Origin: Pelagomonas calceolata
Lineage: Eukaryota
NCBI GenBank assembly: GCA_918797485.1
Contig: CAKKNE010000002.1
Coordinates: 1,922,001-1,986,000, forward strand
Reading direction: 5' to 3'
DNA: 64,000 nucleotides
Positions 10,859-21,563 of this stretch are shown here, piece by piece (within the stretch, counting starts at the first letter, position 1; each line of letters begins with the position of its first letter). The position numbers and the translations under genes are program-made. The notes beneath the pieces are model-generated. The model searched no databases, had not been told where the DNA came from, and saw only the letters and a list, made by a program, of their open reading frames with translations.

Positions 10859-11953
10859 ATGGCCGCCTACGGCTCCACAAATTTAACAGTAGAGACGCGG
10901 TCGCCGCCGCGGGACCAGCAAAAAAGACCCTCGATCACGACGCACTCGCCCGGCGCCACCACTATTGTATATGACGAGGAAGCGGCGCCGCCGCCGTCGC
11001 CGACGGACCAGGCCGAAGCGAGAGTGATGCGTCGTTCTCTTGAAGCCAACGTCGTGCTGACCGTGGCCAAGGTCGCCGTCGCGTTCCAGAGCGGCTCCCT
11101 CGCCGTATTGGCGTCGTTGATAGACAGCGCCCTGGACTTGATCTCGCAAATCGTGCTATTTGCGGCGTCCGCGCGACGAAAAGACCGGGATGTCGAGTAT
11201 CCGGCCGGAAGGGCGCGGCTGGAACCTGTTGGGGTCGTGGTGTGCGCGATGCTCATGGGTGTGGGTAGTGTGTATGTCATCATCACCTCTACCGAGCAAT
11301 TGACGGACATCGTCAAGGGCAAGAACGTGCACGTGGCCCTGGATCGTATCAATGGTACCATTATGGTCCTCGCGATCGTCTGGAAAGCATTACTCTATGC
11401 CTGGATTTCAAAAAGGCATAGTGCGCTGTCCGCCTCAAATCCGGGCGTCGCCGCCGTCGCTCTGGATCATTTCAACGACGTCCTGTCCAATTTAGTCGCG
11501 GTGATCGCCGCGGTACTAGCGGCCTGGTACGGCCTCGACGCCGCGGATCCAGCAGGAGCCATCGCCATCTCGTTGTACATCGCCTACTCGTGGCTCGAAA
11601 CCAGCATCGAGCAGGTGCAGCATCTGGTGGGCCGGACGGCCGATCCCGAATTCCTCGAAGAATTACGGGAAGCGGCCTCGACGTACTCCGAGAGGATGCA
11701 GTGCGACATCGTGAGAGCGTACCACTTCGGGCCGCGCTACCTCGTGGAGCTGGAGATGGTCATGGAGTCTTCTACGCCTTTACGCGTGTCGCACGATTTG
11801 GCTTTGGACCTCCAGCAAAAGATCGAGGCCTTCGACGACGTGGAACGGTGCTTCGTCCACGTCGACTACGACTTCCGGGACGTCGACGAGCACGACCCGG
11901 CGTCGTGGTCTCCCAAAATCAATGCAGACAGGAAAGTGCCTAACTTAGTTTAA
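10859..11953 (+). CDS. Cation diffusion facilitator, Mn-CDF (plant MTP8-11-like)
   Basis: SGSLAVLASLIDSALDLIS (DxxxD), YPAGRARLEPVG, DHFNDV, VRAYHFG, VERCFVHVDY. Confidence 0.92.
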   Translation: MAAYGSTNLTVETRSPPRDQQKRPSITTHSPGATTIVYDEEAAPPPSPTDQAEARVMRRSLEANVVLTVAKVAVAFQSGSLAVLASLIDSALDLISQIVLFAASARRKDRDVEYPAGRARLEPVGVVVCAMLMGVGSVYVIITSTEQLTDIVKGKNVHVALDRINGTIMVLAIVWKALLYAWISKRHSALSASNPGVAAVALDHFNDVLSNLVAVIAAVLAAWYGLDAADPAGAIAISLYIAYSWLETSIEQVQHLVGRTADPEFLEELREAASTYSERMQCDIVRAYHFGPRYLVELEMVMESSTPLRVSHDLALDLQQKIEAFDDVERCFVHVDYDFRDVDEHDPASWSPKINADRKVPNLV

Positions 11954-11962
11954 CAGTTTTAC

Positions 11963-13072
11963 TCACGAGTAGTCGTACCCCAGCGCTACGCCGCAGCACA
12001 CCAGCCCGCCGACGGCCAGCCCCGCGCCCTGGGCGAGGTTCACGGTCCGCGCCGCGGCGACGGCGTCGTCGAGCCGTCGTACCAACAACAGCGGGCCCTG
12101 GATCAGCACGCCGCCCACGATGGCGTAGATACAAAAGCCGACCGCTATATATACATCGAAGCCTGCCGGCAAATCACTGGAAAAAAACAACGCGGGCAGC
12201 ACCAACGTACGTATAGCGCAGCCTATTATAAGAGCGTACTCCGACGGCACGGCGAAGCAGGAGACGACGCCGCGCGATAACACATTCCCGGAGTTGAAGG
12301 CCACGTACAGCACCGACGCCAAGTCGCTGTACCCTGACATCGCGGCTAGGGCGATCACGGAACACGCCATCGCGAAGAACTCAATCCCGCACAAGTTGAC
12401 GAGGGTCGGCCGCTCGCCCTCCTCGCGCCGTCTCGGTTCATGAGAGACCACATTTAAAGCGATGACCACATCATTGTCCGAGAGCAATACTAACGAACAG
12501 AGTAACCCGACCGCGGGAAACGACACCCCATAAAGGAACGCGGACGAGCCCATGCCGAGATATATCACGAAGAACGACGCGAGGAAGGACACCTGCATGC
12601 CCAGGCCCTGCGAGACCTGGCCGCCGGTCTGTGCGGCAATGGCGTTCAGCGTTCCGTTGGCCGTCCACGCCCCAAACCCGATCAACGCCGAGCACGCGTA
12701 TAGTGTTGATGAGCTGGGCCAATCTGTTGATGCTCCCAGTAGGACACAAGCGACACCTTGCACGATGCATGATATCACTAACCGGAAGACCGAGGCCGTC
12801 CGCAGACCATATTGTATGTCAAAAGCGGCGTCGGCGGCGTACTGCGCCGCCGTCATGGGTAGTGCGCTTACAAAAATGAAGCCCACGACGTAGACGTAGG
12901 CCGTGTCACTATATGCAGATGTGATCGCGGACACCAGTGCTAGCAAAGCAGCCGCGGGCGCGATCGTCGTAAACGCAATGGCAAAAAATAGAACCTCTAC
13001 CAGTAAGGAGGTAGGCGCCTCGGTGGGCAGGAGGGCCGCCTCCTCGTCCTTCTTGGTGCGGAATTGGAGCAT
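11963..13072 (-). CDS. Multi-pass membrane protein, possibly a divergent equilibrative nucleoside transporter
   Basis: About 10 hydrophobic segments. FNSGNVLSR resembles the ENT FNxGDxxGR motif. Confidence 0.5.
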   Translation of the reverse strand: MLQFRTKKDEEAALLPTEAPTSLLVEVLFFAIAFTTIAPAAALLALVSAITSAYSDTAYVYVVGFIFVSALPMTAAQYAADAAFDIQYGLRTASVFRLVISCIVQGVACVLLGASTDWPSSSTLYACSALIGFGAWTANGTLNAIAAQTGGQVSQGLGMQVSFLASFFVIYLGMGSSAFLYGVSFPAVGLLCSLVLLSDNDVVIALNVVSHEPRRREEGERPTLVNLCGIEFFAMACSVIALAAMSGYSDLASVLYVAFNSGNVLSRGVVSCFAVPSEYALIIGCAIRTLVLPALFFSSDLPAGFDVYIAVGFCIYAIVGGVLIQGPLLLVRRLDDAVAAARTVNLAQGAGLAVGGLVCCGVALGYDYS

Positions 13073-13372
13073 GCTGCTGCGTCGAGGCTCTCGACCAGAG
13101 ATGGCCTCCAGTGCAGGCGGTGGCTATCGATCAGTGATGGGCTGCTGCAGGCGCCAGGGGCAGCCTCCCACTGGCAACGCGCGCCTTCTCGAAGAGTGTC
13201 GTGTCCGCGTCCTCCGTTTGGGCAGTGGGGCAGTGAGCCACGATCGATGGCAGACGGCCTGGGAGAAATGAGAGGTTCTAACCCCGCACGGTACTCGGTA
13301 CGGCTCCGGCGCGCGGCGGAGGGTTGCGTATGGGTCGTAAAGAGCACGGTGCGCTCGCAAAACTCAGCTGAC

Positions 13373-13392
13373 CTAGCGGCGTAAGACACTAG
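13373..13392. promoter_or_regulatory. CTAG bipartite intergenic element (CTAGCG-N8-CACTAG)
   Basis: Exact motif in the divergent promoter between the ENT-like and acyltransferase genes. Confidence 0.55.
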
Positions 13393-13585
13393 CAAGCCGA
13401 GGTAGAGGACGCGACGCCGCCGCAAAATTCGCCACAAGTGGCGCGTATAGCACCGCGCGCTCCTACACGTGTGTCTAATCGCTGCGGCAACCGCTGCGCG
13501 GGGACGCCGCGCCGCATTCAGCGCCGAGGCAAGCACTCGCATCACTGCTGCAGCACACCCAAGACGCCGCATCACACGCGCACCG

Positions 13586-14974
13586 ATGGCCGCCGCCCCG
13601 CGCCGCGACGTCCACGTCACGCAATGGGTCGCCCGCCCCGCCTTAGGTTCCAGGCACGAGGAGATGGGTTTACTAGGCGTCGCGAAAGTAGTCTTGCGAA
13701 TACTTCTCGTCTTAGGAGCGACCGCATCAGCACTCGTAGCCGCATGTGTGATAAAGTGCTTGGTGTTTCCCATCGACAAGGTCATAGGGAGGGCCTGGCT
13801 CGACCGGTACGTCGTGGCCGCGTGGGCGGACGCGGTTATCGGCGGTCCGATACTACCGCGGGGGCCCGCACTCAAGCTGTCCGGAGAGCTCCCGGCACCT
13901 GAACGACGCGCTGGTATTCTCATAGCGAACCATCAGTTGGACACGGACTGGTTCTACTTGTGGGACGTGTGTCGAGTTGTGGGCGCGCACGGCGCATTGA
14001 AGATTGTTATGCTCGACGACATGCGGACCGTACCTCTGGTGGGCTGGATCGCGCGGTTAGTTGGTTTTATCTTCGTGTCTCGGAGGAAGCGGCACGCGCG
14101 ACCGCAGAATGATGTGGAAGAAATACAGAGAGGTGTAAGTGAAATAGCGGAAGGCCAGGCGCCGTCCCTGATCTTATTGTTCCCGGAGGGGACGACGGTG
14201 AACGAGGAGGCGAAGCGGAAATCGGACCAGTACGCTTCGTCGAAGGAGCGGCCTAGACATGAACTACTACTAGCACCTCGGACGGCCGGCTTCGTCGCGG
14301 CGTGTCGGGGCTATGTCGCGAGAGGTGTACCTCTAGACGACATCATAGTCTACGACGCAACCATGGCCTACGCGGGCTACCGAGGCGAAGTGCCGGCCTG
14401 GGACCTGGGCTTCGAGCGGAACGACGACGTAGATTTACCGAACGCCGCAAAATTGTTCAAGGGGGCCCACGGCGACCATGTCCGCGTCCATGTGAACGCG
14501 TACCGGGCGTCGGAGATCTTCGAGGACGACATTCGGGAAAATGGCGATCAGAAAGCGACAAAGTGGCTCGACGCAAGGTGGGTCGAAAAAAACGCGCGGA
14601 TGAAGGCTTTTGCGACGACTGGTGATTTTGAGGCGAGTGATGTCGGAGAAACGGTCCTCCTCAAGCAGCCGGCCATGCTGTTGCCCTTCGCGTTGTTGAC
14701 GGCGGGCTGGCTCGGTAGTTTATCATTTGCGGCGTTCGTCGCGTTCCTGGCTTTCCTGGTACTCTTACCGGTGCTGCTCATAACCATGTGCGGGGCCTTC
14801 GCTTGTTGCTTAGTTGTGGTTCCTTGCATCGGTCTAGGTTTGTGCGCCTTGGGGCCGTTAGCGGCAGCAAAGCGCATGTACGAGCACGATCGACGCGTCG
14901 CGTCGCCATTACTACGGCGGCCCTCAGATAAATTTGATGATGATGGCGACGAGCCCGTCGTCGTGCAGCAGTGA
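13586..14974 (+). CDS. Lysophospholipid acyltransferase (LPAAT/LCLAT1-like, PlsC family)
   Basis: NHQLDTDW (NHxxxxD), GFIFVSR, LFPEGT, LLAPRTAGF, VYDATMAY. Alternative start at 13664. Confidence 0.88.
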   Translation: MAAAPRRDVHVTQWVARPALGSRHEEMGLLGVAKVVLRILLVLGATASALVAACVIKCLVFPIDKVIGRAWLDRYVVAAWADAVIGGPILPRGPALKLSGELPAPERRAGILIANHQLDTDWFYLWDVCRVVGAHGALKIVMLDDMRTVPLVGWIARLVGFIFVSRRKRHARPQNDVEEIQRGVSEIAEGQAPSLILLFPEGTTVNEEAKRKSDQYASSKERPRHELLLAPRTAGFVAACRGYVARGVPLDDIIVYDATMAYAGYRGEVPAWDLGFERNDDVDLPNAAKLFKGAHGDHVRVHVNAYRASEIFEDDIRENGDQKATKWLDARWVEKNARMKAFATTGDFEASDVGETVLLKQPAMLLPFALLTAGWLGSLSFAAFVAFLAFLVLLPVLLITMCGAFACCLVVVPCIGLGLCALGPLAAAKRMYEHDRRVASPLLRRPSDKFDDDGDEPVVVQQ

Positions 14975-15639
14975 GCGTGGGTGTCGGTGTGTTGATTTAT
15001 GTATTTTGAGGCGCTGAGGACGAAAGTGAGCTTTCCTGGGGGTATGAGAGGGCGCCAGAGGGCATGCCCGGCTCACTACCGGGGGTGACCCCTCTCGCAC
15101 GCGATGCTTTGAGAATGAAGCCTACGAAGCGCCTTTGTTTTTTTCCGTTTGCGACCGACGCGTCGCTCGTTGGCTCTGACGCGCGCCGTCCCGCCGCAGG
15201 TCAAAGTCCGACCCGTGGGTCTTCGACGACGAGGGCGAGGACTCGGCCGACACGCCGCTGGACAACGGGAGTGGGACGCCGGAGCCCGCGACGCCCGCGT
15301 GAGGCTAGGATGGCGTCGTCTGGTTCGCTTCTGCTCGGTCCCATGACGGCGCTTGGGCTTGTGCCGCTCCTGCGCCTGACGACCGGGCGGGACCGGCCTC
15401 CCTCTGGACATAGATACTGTAGTAATTCGTTTTTTAGTACCAACGTGCGGGGCGCCGCCTCCAACTGGGCAGACGATCGGTACCACTTGTAGTAAGTTAA
15501 AGCAAACGTTTTTACTGTCCTAGGGTCAGAGAGGAATCCGTAGTACGAGGGTTGGAAAGACCATGTGAAAGTGAGTGGGGTGATCAAGTGTGACGCTCAC
15601 TGCTCGATCGGCGGAAGGCCGAGGTTGGCCCGATAAATC

Positions 15640-16836
15640 TCAAGCATTCTCCGTCGGCTCCGAAGTGGGCTCGGCGGTCACGAAAGCCCAGAAGCGCGCG
15701 CCAAATCCGCTGCGCTCGGGCTCGTGCGGAATCGCGTCCGCCACGCTAGGTCGTCTCTCGAGCTCGCCCAAAAGCACGGGCCGCCTGCAAAACGGACACG
15801 GGGCTCGATTCGTCGGCGGGTTCGTCCGACACACTTCCGTGATGCACCTCCGGCAGAAGCTGTGGTTGCACTTCGTCCACGCGCGTTCGATGTACGGTCC
15901 GAGGCAGATAGAGCACTGGACGTCCGACTGCTGCCGTTGGGGGCGCGGCGGCCCGAGCGGTAGTGGTCGGGCTTGCGCGTCGACAGGAGATTTCCGAGTT
16001 CTTCTCTGCATCAAGCCGATATTACATAATAACAGTAACGCCTGGAAGAAGAGCCCGCCGATGAGCCAATCGCACCACTCCCCGCGCCACGCGTCCTGCC
16101 AGCGTCCCCAGTATTCTTCGCACTTGGTCTGGCTCGTGAAGAGCGGCCGGCAGTCACCCGTTTCTTTTGCCTCCTCCCACCGGCTTATCTGTTCTTCACC
16201 TCCTTTCGCACCGAACGAGCCATTTGTTTCCTCCTTGGAGGGTTCTTGTGGGAGTCCGCACCCGTTCAGGCGTCTTCTCCTTCCCCAACCCCAGTATTTG
16301 CCAGAATCTTCCGCTGCCGGGAAGTACCTGGCGCCCCTCTCGGACCACCAATAGCCGTCGGCGGACAGGTCCACGCAGGATATCTCGTCGGAGCAGTCGT
16401 CGCACTCGATGCGCCCGTCGGAGCGCAGACCCCCCTCTTGGCAGGAGCCCGCCCAGGGCTCGCACGTCGGATCCGGAGTCAGCGACGTCACGCGGTGCGT
16501 TTTCATGGCGAGCAGGACGATGGCCACGACCAGGAGGAGCAGTCCTAGTACATATATCAAGAGAGCGGCGCGCATGAGACAACGGTCTTCTTTTTGCGCG
16601 CTTGTGAACGCTAAAGCGAACGCGACCATGAGGAGGAAGAGCACGCAGCCCGAGGCAACGTCGGCGAGAACAAACCCGATGATGGAGAAGCTGAAGAGGT
16701 AGAAGCACAAGTGCACGCAGTCGAACTGCTCGACGCCTTGAACGACGGCACAAATGCGTCGCTCGGGCAGCCCCTCCTCGCTCGGCAGCTCCTCCTCGCT
16801 CGGCCGCCCCTCCTCGCGCGGCAGCTCCTCGCTCAT
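15640..16836 (-). CDS. Membrane protein with C-terminal C3HC4 RING finger (putative E3 ligase)
   Basis: Several TM helices and CSIC...CNHSFCRRC...CPFCR. Confidence 0.8.
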   Translation of the reverse strand: MSEELPREEGRPSEEELPSEEGLPERRICAVVQGVEQFDCVHLCFYLFSFSIIGFVLADVASGCVLFLLMVAFALAFTSAQKEDRCLMRAALLIYVLGLLLLVVAIVLLAMKTHRVTSLTPDPTCEPWAGSCQEGGLRSDGRIECDDCSDEISCVDLSADGYWWSERGARYFPAAEDSGKYWGWGRRRRLNGCGLPQEPSKEETNGSFGAKGGEEQISRWEEAKETGDCRPLFTSQTKCEEYWGRWQDAWRGEWCDWLIGGLFFQALLLLCNIGLMQRRTRKSPVDAQARPLPLGPPRPQRQQSDVQCSICLGPYIERAWTKCNHSFCRRCITEVCRTNPPTNRAPCPFCRRPVLLGELERRPSVADAIPHEPERSGFGARFWAFVTAEPTSEPTENA

Positions 16837-17446
16837 CGTTGTCTAATGCGTAGCGGCAGCGCGGTGGTCTTGATTGGCCAAACGCGGTCGACGTAGAGCC
16901 CTTCCCGAGTCAAGCTGCCAAATTCATTGTGCTAGTGTAGTACATACTAGCAAGGCGGCGAGCGCAAAGAGCTGCTGTTTTTGACATGTGTCCTCGCGTC
17001 TCGGGCATCGCCTCCCTTTTGAATCAGCTCAGGTCGCCCCCTACGTGGACCCGCGCGACGTTGTAATGTGGGCGCACTCTTGCGGCTACCACCGCCACAC
17101 CTTGCGGTCTTACGGGGGCCTCGTGAGAGGAGATCGGCGTCAAGGTGGGACGACGAAGGGTCTTAATTGGTTTGCCGACTCGGACTCGGACGACGAGTTG
17201 GAGGAGGACACGTTCGGACGACTCGACTCGGACGACGAGTAGGCTGGTTGAAGGAGGTTAAGTTTAGTAACATATCCACAATATTCTTTACATTTCTCGG
17301 CTGGCGTCTTCTCGGCTGGCGTCGGCGCCGCGGGTCGTAGAGTACCGACGCTTCGACTTCGACCGACTCCGTTCTGATGTCTCGGATCTTCACGGATCTT
17401 CGCGGGCTAAAAATTTCAATTGCAACAACTAGTACATTCAAAGGCT

Positions 17447-18070
17447 TTAGTCCGCGACGTAGTCGGGCGCGCGCTCCATAAAGAATAAATAGGCATCCTT
17501 CGCTTCGCCCGCGTTCTTATCGACGAGCCCTGCCTCGCGGACGATTGATCTACCGCCGTCCACGCCGGCGCGCACGACGCGGCACGACGCGTCGGTGTAA
17601 CTCAGACACCACGTGCGCTCGACGCCCGGCGGGAATTGCTTTTCAAAAATTTGATTGCCAAACAACACGAGTCTGATGCTGCGAAATGTCACGCGCAGCT
17701 CCTCGTTCGAGCCCGCGAACGTCGCTTCCAGGGTGACGCGGGCGTTGCCGCCGAACAAGCGCAATTCGTTCGCGTAGCGCCGCTTCGCGACGTCGACGAT
17801 CTGCAAGCCGTCGCCGCGCAGCGGGCCCAGCGCGCCGTTGCTCGGAGACGGCGCGTTACTATATACGACACGCCACGCCCCGTCCAGCGCCTCGAGCGGC
17901 GGCTTCGTTGTGCTCTGTTCAAGTTCGAGGCACTTCGCGTCGACGGCGGCGGCCACGTCTGCAGGCACGCCCAGCGCCGGTGCGCCGTACGGCGCGAGCA
18001 ATCCGTTTACGTCGGACTGCAGTGCCTCTGCGGCTGGCGTCGCGACGGGTGCCGCAAGTCGAACTGACAT
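17447..18070 (-). CDS. PAP/fibrillin-family protein
   Basis: LDGAWRVVYS, LRVTF and WCLSYTDASCRVVRAG match fibrillin motifs. The true start may lie further upstream, since the frame is open to 18217. Confidence 0.72.
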   Translation of the reverse strand: MSVRLAAPVATPAAEALQSDVNGLLAPYGAPALGVPADVAAAVDAKCLELEQSTTKPPLEALDGAWRVVYSNAPSPSNGALGPLRGDGLQIVDVAKRRYANELRLFGGNARVTLEATFAGSNEELRVTFRSIRLVLFGNQIFEKQFPPGVERTWCLSYTDASCRVVRAGVDGGRSIVREAGLVDKNAGEAKDAYLFFMERAPDYVAD

Positions 18071-18273
18071 CAATCTTGGGTACCGCTGCGATGCCAGCAA
18101 GCTAGTTGCGACGGGTAGCGCTACGAGAGGGTACAATCTAGGGTGCAGCCGCTTGGCTCCCGGCTGCGCCAGCGTGCTCGATCTCTTCTCAGCTGGTGCA
18201 CGACGGCGAGAGAGCACGCAGTCCGCACTCTGAGCACAAATGCTGCCAAACTAGTCGCAGCCAAAATGATCAG

Positions 18274-18295
18274 CTAGCGTAATATAAAACACTAG
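18274..18295. promoter_or_regulatory. CTAG bipartite intergenic element (CTAGCG-N10-CACTAG)
   Basis: Exact motif in the divergent promoter between the fibrillin and 18414 genes. Confidence 0.55.
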
Positions 18296-18413
18296 CAAGC
18301 TGCCCGGCCAACGGGTGAGGGCGGCGCTGCGAGCTCCGAGGCAGCTGGGGCAGCCTTCACACGTGACGGAAGCACCAAGCAAGCCACGGAGCCCGTAGAC
18401 GCCGCGCCGAACG

Positions 18414-20057
18414 ATGCCCGTGGTCCGCCTGCCGGCCACGCCGGACGGCGGGCAGCCCCCGCGCCTGCGGCCCGAGGACATCGCCGAGATCCCTCCCTTT
18501 AGACCGAGCTTCAAGCCCGAGGACCTCGCCGAGATCCCGCCTTTCCGCGGTGCTTTAGATGAGATCCCGCCGTGGCAGCCGCCCGTGACGACGAGTCCGG
18601 TTTCGAGCAACCCGGAGGGCCCCGACTTCATCGATGATGATGCGAGCTACGACGACGCGCCCGTCACAAATGATGCGGGCACGGAGTACTGTGTGCTCTG
18701 CGCGCGCGCCGTCGAATATTCCGCGGACGGCAAGCATGCGGAGGCGGCAACACAGATGGACGCGGCGCTGGCGACGGGCCTGGCGTCCGAGGACCCGGTC
18801 ATGCTCACGACGGCGCGCGTCGACGGAGACCGGGCCTACTTCGGCGCCGGTCTCCTGAGTGAGGGGGTCGAAGTGGTGGAGGGCGACAGTTTACTGCATC
18901 TATTGCTGCGGAACGAGGCGGCCGTGGACACGGTCAACGCTTGTTTAAAAGGTGGCGCCGACGTGCGCGCCGTCAACGCGCGGGGCGAGCACTGCGTCGG
19001 TTTGGCCCGCAAGGCGCGCGCTAAAGCCGGCCAGCGCCGCGGCAGCTCCGAGACGGCCACGGCAGAGGCCGCCGCACGTAGGGAAGTTGCGGCGCAGGTC
19101 GCGCAGCTCGTCGACAAGAAGGCCGCGCAGGGCGGCGCGCCGCCGCGGATCTCGATGGGCACGCCCCAAAAAAGTGGGCCGTCGACGCCCAAGTCGCCCG
19201 GCCGGCGGCTCGCGACGACACCGAACAGGAAGGGCGCGCCGTCGCCCGTCTCGGCCGCCCGCGAGGTCGACTGCTGGCGGCGCGTCGCCGCGCGCGCGAC
19301 CGAGGCCGCGGACGCCGTCGAGGCCAAGGTGCGGGGCTTCGTCGTCGAGGGCGACCCGGACCAAATGGGCGAGCGGGCCGTGACGGCGACGCGGACGACG
19401 CTGGCCGAGGCCCTCGCGTGTCGAGGAGAGACGTCGTCCGACGCGGAGTTGTACGCGCGGGATTTGCAAAGGTTGCGCGACGACTGCCGCATCTCGCAAA
19501 CCGCCGAGGGCGAGGCGCGGTCTTTGTACGTCGAGCTCGAGGCGGCCCACGAGGAGTTGCTGGTGCGAGCCCAGGAGACGGAGGCCGAGTGCCGGCGGTG
19601 GCGTGCTGTGTGGAAATCAACCACGGCGACAACGTCGCGTCGATGGCGTGGGGCGTCCGAAATTTGATTTCCACACAGGTGGCGCGAAGGCGACGAGCGG
19701 AAACGGCACCGCCGCGAGCGCGAGCGCCTCGAGAACGAGCGCGACGCGCTGCGGGACGAGAACGACGCGCTGCGGGCCGAGATGGCGAAATGGCGCGCGT
19801 GGGTGAAAGAGCGCGGCGACACGCTCGAGGCCTACGGGCGGCGCGCGGTCCAGGCCGAGCTCGACCAAGCACGCGCTCGCCTGAACAAAGTACTAAAAAT
19901 GACGGAGGCGCTCCAGGCGAAGAACGTCCAGAAAGCGCAGGAGCTTGGCTTGGCGAAGCGGCGGCCCCAGAGCGCGCGGCCTCGGCCCCAGAGCGCGGGG
20001 CCGGCGCGCAAGGCCGTCGCGATGAGCGCGTCGCTTGCGCAACTACCGGCCGTATGA
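18414..20057 (+). CDS. Ankyrin-like repeat and coiled-coil protein (2 exons: 18414-19597, 19679-20057; about 520 aa)
   Basis: GDSLLHLLL...GADVRAVNARG is ankyrin-like. Removing the 81-nt intron joins ORF 18414 in frame to ORF 19782-20057 through RWREGDERKRH. Confidence 0.75.
19598..19678 (+). mobile_element. Introner-type intron with perfect 15-bp TIRs
   Basis: CTGTGTGGAAATCAA (19606-19620) and TTGATTTCCACACAG (19664-19678). TSD GTGGCGTG (19598-19605) vs GTGGCGCG (19679-19686). GT...AG boundaries and an in-frame stop inside. Confidence 0.92.
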
Positions 20058-20079
20058 CTTAAGTGTTACTCTCGAGCGT

Positions 20080-20382
20080 CTACGTCGCCCGCATGACGAT
20101 CCAGTAGATGAGGTAGGCGAGCGACGCCGCGCAGACCGCGAACCAGCCGACGCAACAGAGCACTCCCAACGGGTCGTTCTTAATGTCGTAGCCGATCTCC
20201 TTGCACGTCGGGCAATCGTTGCGCGGCCGCAGGCACGGCATCGTGCGCTTGCAGATCCGCGCGACGCAACAGCCCGGATCCTCAACATCTTCATTATCAA
20301 CGAGCCGCGTCGTCTCCGTGACGGACGTCGGCGTTTCCGTGGGCGGCATCGGGTTGTGCGTCGTCCGCGGTTCGGCCATCAT
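20080..20382 (-). CDS. Small single-pass membrane protein
   Basis: 100-aa ATG ORF, Cys-rich, with a C-terminal hydrophobic helix. Confidence 0.55.
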   Translation of the reverse strand: MMAEPRTTHNPMPPTETPTSVTETTRLVDNEDVEDPGCCVARICKRTMPCLRPRNDCPTCKEIGYDIKNDPLGVLCCVGWFAVCAASLAYLIYWIVMRAT

Positions 20383-20966
20383 CGTGGTTTTCTGGCGCGG
20401 GCCCCGCCGCGGAGTTTCAGGACGAGTTTTCGCCCAGCTCTTGTGTCCCTTCTGTCACGCGCACGAGAGCCGCGCCGCGGGCAATTTAGCTTTTGCCTCT
20501 GTTCCAAGGTTGGAACCTATTTTTCGCGGCTTGCGCGAGCAATTCGCGGTCGTGGGTCGAAAGGAATACGATCAGAGAGCGCGTAAGTCCGCGAACTGCG
20601 CTATTGGATGGCCAGCAGTGCAGCGCAGGCCGCAAAAATTGCACCTGGAAACCTGTTTTAAGTTGGGCGGCTGAGATTCATAGAATTCTTCCGAGAGACG
20701 TATGCTTTCGTTACGACTCCTGCCGACGCCGAAGGGCGAGGTCGGCAGAGCTTTGATTGACAGCTTGCAAGTGAGAGCATTGGCTTTTTTTGGCCGCATA
20801 GGTGGCCCACGAACAAAGGAGCGCTGCGCAGCAGCCTTACTGCCAGATAGGGTGTCGGTGCGCACTCAATTTTCAGCATTGCACACTGAACAGACGACTT
20901 GGGCACACTGGGCACATCTCAGCAGGACAGCCCCACGCCATCAACGCGATACACGTTCGAACAACG

Positions 20967-21440
20967 ATGCGCCTGCTCTTGCTGCTCGTCGCGACGAGCG
21001 TGCATGCAGTAAAGGAGCGGAGCACCGGCTTCGACTTCCCCAAAAAAAACAAGCTCGGCGCGCTGCGAGGCTTAGGCGTGCGCACGAAGGGCCCCATCAA
21101 GGTCTACGCGGTCGGCCGCTACGACAAAGGATTCTTACTAAAAATGAAGATGGGCGTCGGCGCGGAAAAAATGTCTAATGCGCTCGTCGATGCGGTCAAG
21201 CCGCGCTGCTCCGATAATGCGGCCGTCGACCAGTTCAAGGAGTTGATGGTGAGCGGGTTGCCCGACGGCTGCAAGAAGGGCATGGAGCTCGGCTTCGACA
21301 CGTCGGGCGGGAAGCTCGGGCTCACCGTGAACGGGCGGGGCCGGGGGAGCGTGTCCTCCAGAAAGCTGTGCGGCGCCTTCGAGGGCGTCTACACGGACTC
21401 GAAGGCCGTCTGCAAGCTCAACGCCGTCGAGGACGAGTAA
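20967..21440 (+). CDS. Chalcone-isomerase-fold (FAP-like) protein with signal peptide
   Basis: ERSTGFDFP, LRGLGVRTKGPIKVYAVGRY, SRKLCGAFEGVY. Hydrophobic leader MRLLLLLVATSVHA. Confidence 0.75.
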   Translation: MRLLLLLVATSVHAVKERSTGFDFPKKNKLGALRGLGVRTKGPIKVYAVGRYDKGFLLKMKMGVGAEKMSNALVDAVKPRCSDNAAVDQFKELMVSGLPDGCKKGMELGFDTSGGKLGLTVNGRGRGSVSSRKLCGAFEGVYTDSKAVCKLNAVEDE

Positions 21441-21449
21441 ATTTCGATT

Positions 21450-21470
21450 CTAGTGTCTTTAGACCGCTAG
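21450..21470. promoter_or_regulatory. CTAG bipartite intergenic element (CTAGTG-N9-CGCTAG)
   Basis: Exact motif in the 123-bp gap upstream of the F-box gene. Confidence 0.55.
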
Positions 21471-21563
21471 CTAATATCCTTGAAAGCAAAACACGCAACG
21501 GCGTTAATCTCGCGTTCTGAACACGTAAAGTCAACCTAGAGAGTGTGTACAACAGCCCATACA

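Noticed and set aside
16988..17441. Short ORFs 16988-17242 (+) and 17163-17441 (-)
   Set aside because: Short, mutually overlapping and without recognisable domains. A small gene cannot be excluded but is not supportable.
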